The position numbers were made by a program, and so were the translations under genes. Positions 62,573-64,000 of a stretch of DNA of 64,000 nucleotides are shown here, in pieces. Source of the DNA: Opitutales bacterium (lineage in GTDB: Bacteria; Verrucomicrobiota; Verrucomicrobiia; Opitutales; UBA2987); the NCBI GenBank assembly GCA_965226885.1, contig CBDDEL010000016.1, forward strand, positions 544,001 to 608,000, given 5' to 3'. Each line of letters begins with the position of its first letter. Position 1 is the stretch's first letter. A model generated the notes under the pieces. It made no database searches and was not told the DNA's origin. It saw only the letters and a program-made list of their open reading frames with translations.

Positions 62573-63550
62573 TCACTTCACAAACTTCTGCACGCGCATG
62601 CCCCAGTAGACGTCGCCAACGTAGACGCTGCCATTTTTGCCAACTGTGATGTCATGCGCCCAGATCAACTGGCCGTCGTATTTGCCGTAGCTGCTCCATT
62701 TGCCAATAATGTTACCTTCGAGGTCGAGCTGGAGAAAATGGCTACGCGGCGTGATCGCCGCCCCTATATCGCCTCCATCGACGACATATAGAAAGTCGTC
62801 CGCGCTTACCGCCAAGCCCCAAGGCCTGCCGAGCGCCTCGCTTTTCCATGCCGCTAGAAATTTTCCTTCGCTGTCAAAAACCTGAATCCGCCCGTTGCTG
62901 CGATCCGCAACATAAATCCGGCCTTCGGCATCGAGCGCAATACCATGCGGAAGGTCGAATTCGCCCTCTGCCGTTCCTTTATTGCCCCAGTCGAATAAGA
63001 AGCTGCCGTCTCCTGCGAATTTGGCTACGCGGTTGTTGCCGTAGCCGTCGGCAACATAAAACTCACCATTTGGCGCAACAGCAATATCTGTTGGACTATT
63101 GAAATGTTCGCCGTCGTCGCCTGGGACGCCCTTTTCTCCAATCATCATCAAGAGCTCGCCATCGTGACGGAATTTGAACACTTGGTGCAGTTCGGCGTCG
63201 GTTACCCAGATGTTGTCCTCGCTATCGACTGTCAGGCCATGCGGGAGCATGAACATAGTCTCGCCAAAAGATGTTACCATCTCACCGGTTTCGCTGTTGA
63301 GGCACAGGATGGTTTGATAGTCGATTGGTTCGGTAGCCCGCTCGGCCAAAAAAGCACGTCCCGCACGGTGAAACAGCCAGACGTGATCGTGTGAATCGAC
63401 TTCAACGCCGGACACCTGTCCGAGCTCGAAGTTTTCCGGCAGCTTCGGCCAGCCGTGCACAACTTTGTAACCGGGTGAATCGGTGCTGGCATTAGAGTAG
63501 GCACAGATGAACAGAATCGAGATGCACAAAATGATCTTTTTGTAATCCAT
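62573..63550 (-). CDS. NHL-repeat protein, peptidyl-alpha-hydroxyglycine alpha-amidating lyase (PAL) family
   Basis: LGQVSGV, FMLPHGLTVD, FNSPTDIAV, VADGYGNNRV, PHGI, VADRSNGRIQ. Confidence 0.88.
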   Translation of the reverse strand: MDYKKIILCISILFICAYSNASTDSPGYKVVHGWPKLPENFELGQVSGVEVDSHDHVWLFHRAGRAFLAERATEPIDYQTILCLNSETGEMVTSFGETMFMLPHGLTVDSEDNIWVTDAELHQVFKFRHDGELLMMIGEKGVPGDDGEHFNSPTDIAVAPNGEFYVADGYGNNRVAKFAGDGSFLFDWGNKGTAEGEFDLPHGIALDAEGRIYVADRSNGRIQVFDSEGKFLAAWKSEALGRPWGLAVSADDFLYVVDGGDIGAAITPRSHFLQLDLEGNIIGKWSSYGKYDGQLIWAHDITVGKNGSVYVGDVYWGMRVQKFVK

Positions 63551-63818
63551 TTCTCCTCGCTTGATAAATGTTACAATCTCGATGTGATTCTGAAAAAATC
63601 TTTTTTGACACTAAATACGGCTAACATATTGTAGACAGCCTCTTCGCAGTCAATGATTGGATACTATAATATTTTGGTCGAATTTTACAAGAAAGTTTGT
63701 TATTCCCTGAATTACAGGCTCGTACACGCAGAAATCAGGGGGAAACCCGCTCTTTTCGTTCTATCGCGGCTATTTCCCTCAACCCCTAACTCGCTTCTCA
63801 CAACCTCCCCCTACTCCC

Positions 63819-64000
63819 TTAATCAACAGGCAATCCCGCCGGGACGCTGAACAAACTACCATCGTCAAACCTTTGGAAAAATCGCTTGTTGGGAGTGTTA
63901 TCTCCAAAGGTCCAAATCCATCCTGAAATATCGCCGAAAAGGAACAACCAGCGGTAGGTGCCTTCGTTCAGGAAAATCCATTGGCCCAAGCCGAAGTCCC
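63819..64000 (-). CDS. C-terminus of a Trp-rich protein entering from beyond the window
   Basis: Hand translation DFGLGQWIFLNEGTYRWLFLFGDISGWIWTFGD...GLPVD*. Confidence 0.55.
   Translation of the reverse strand, partial: DFGLGQWIFLNEGTYRWLFLFGDISGWIWTFGDNTPNKRFFQRFDDGSLFSVPAGLPVD

Noticed and set aside
63629..63642. TTGTAGACAGCCTC resembling an IS5-like terminus
   Set aside because: Only 9 bp match and no adjoining IS sequence

Overview
Bacterial chromosomal window, probably from a Verrucomicrobiota/Opitutae-like organism (inference from the ACP sequence, a PEP-CTERM protein, FGE-domain proteins and a pseudopilin). It is undergoing an extreme, recent insertion-sequence burst. About 28 kb of 64 kb (~44%, summed by hand) is IS DNA: 20 near-identical copies of six elements (IS3-A x5, IS3-B x2, IS1 x2, IS5-like x5, IS630 x2, IS1380 x4) plus duplicated IS ends, many nested. 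An IS-free core block (2.5-12.2 kb: sucB, lpdA, fabF-acpP-fabG, CysJ-like flavoprotein, pseudouridine synthase) and a polysaccharide block (30.6-36.3 kb) survive. Accessory genes are truncated or split: one metallohydrolase gene lies in four pieces, an IPTL-CTERM protein has lost its anchor, and a HEAT/redoxin gene is cut in two. Non-IS signals worth following up are: an unexplained ~85-bp dispersed element lying just downstream of, and co-oriented with, several accessory genes; a solitary attC-like site; a tRNA-Gln 3' half marking an island boundary; and many micro-duplications, microhomology deletions and short templated insertions. Some small indels could be assembly or polishing artefacts.
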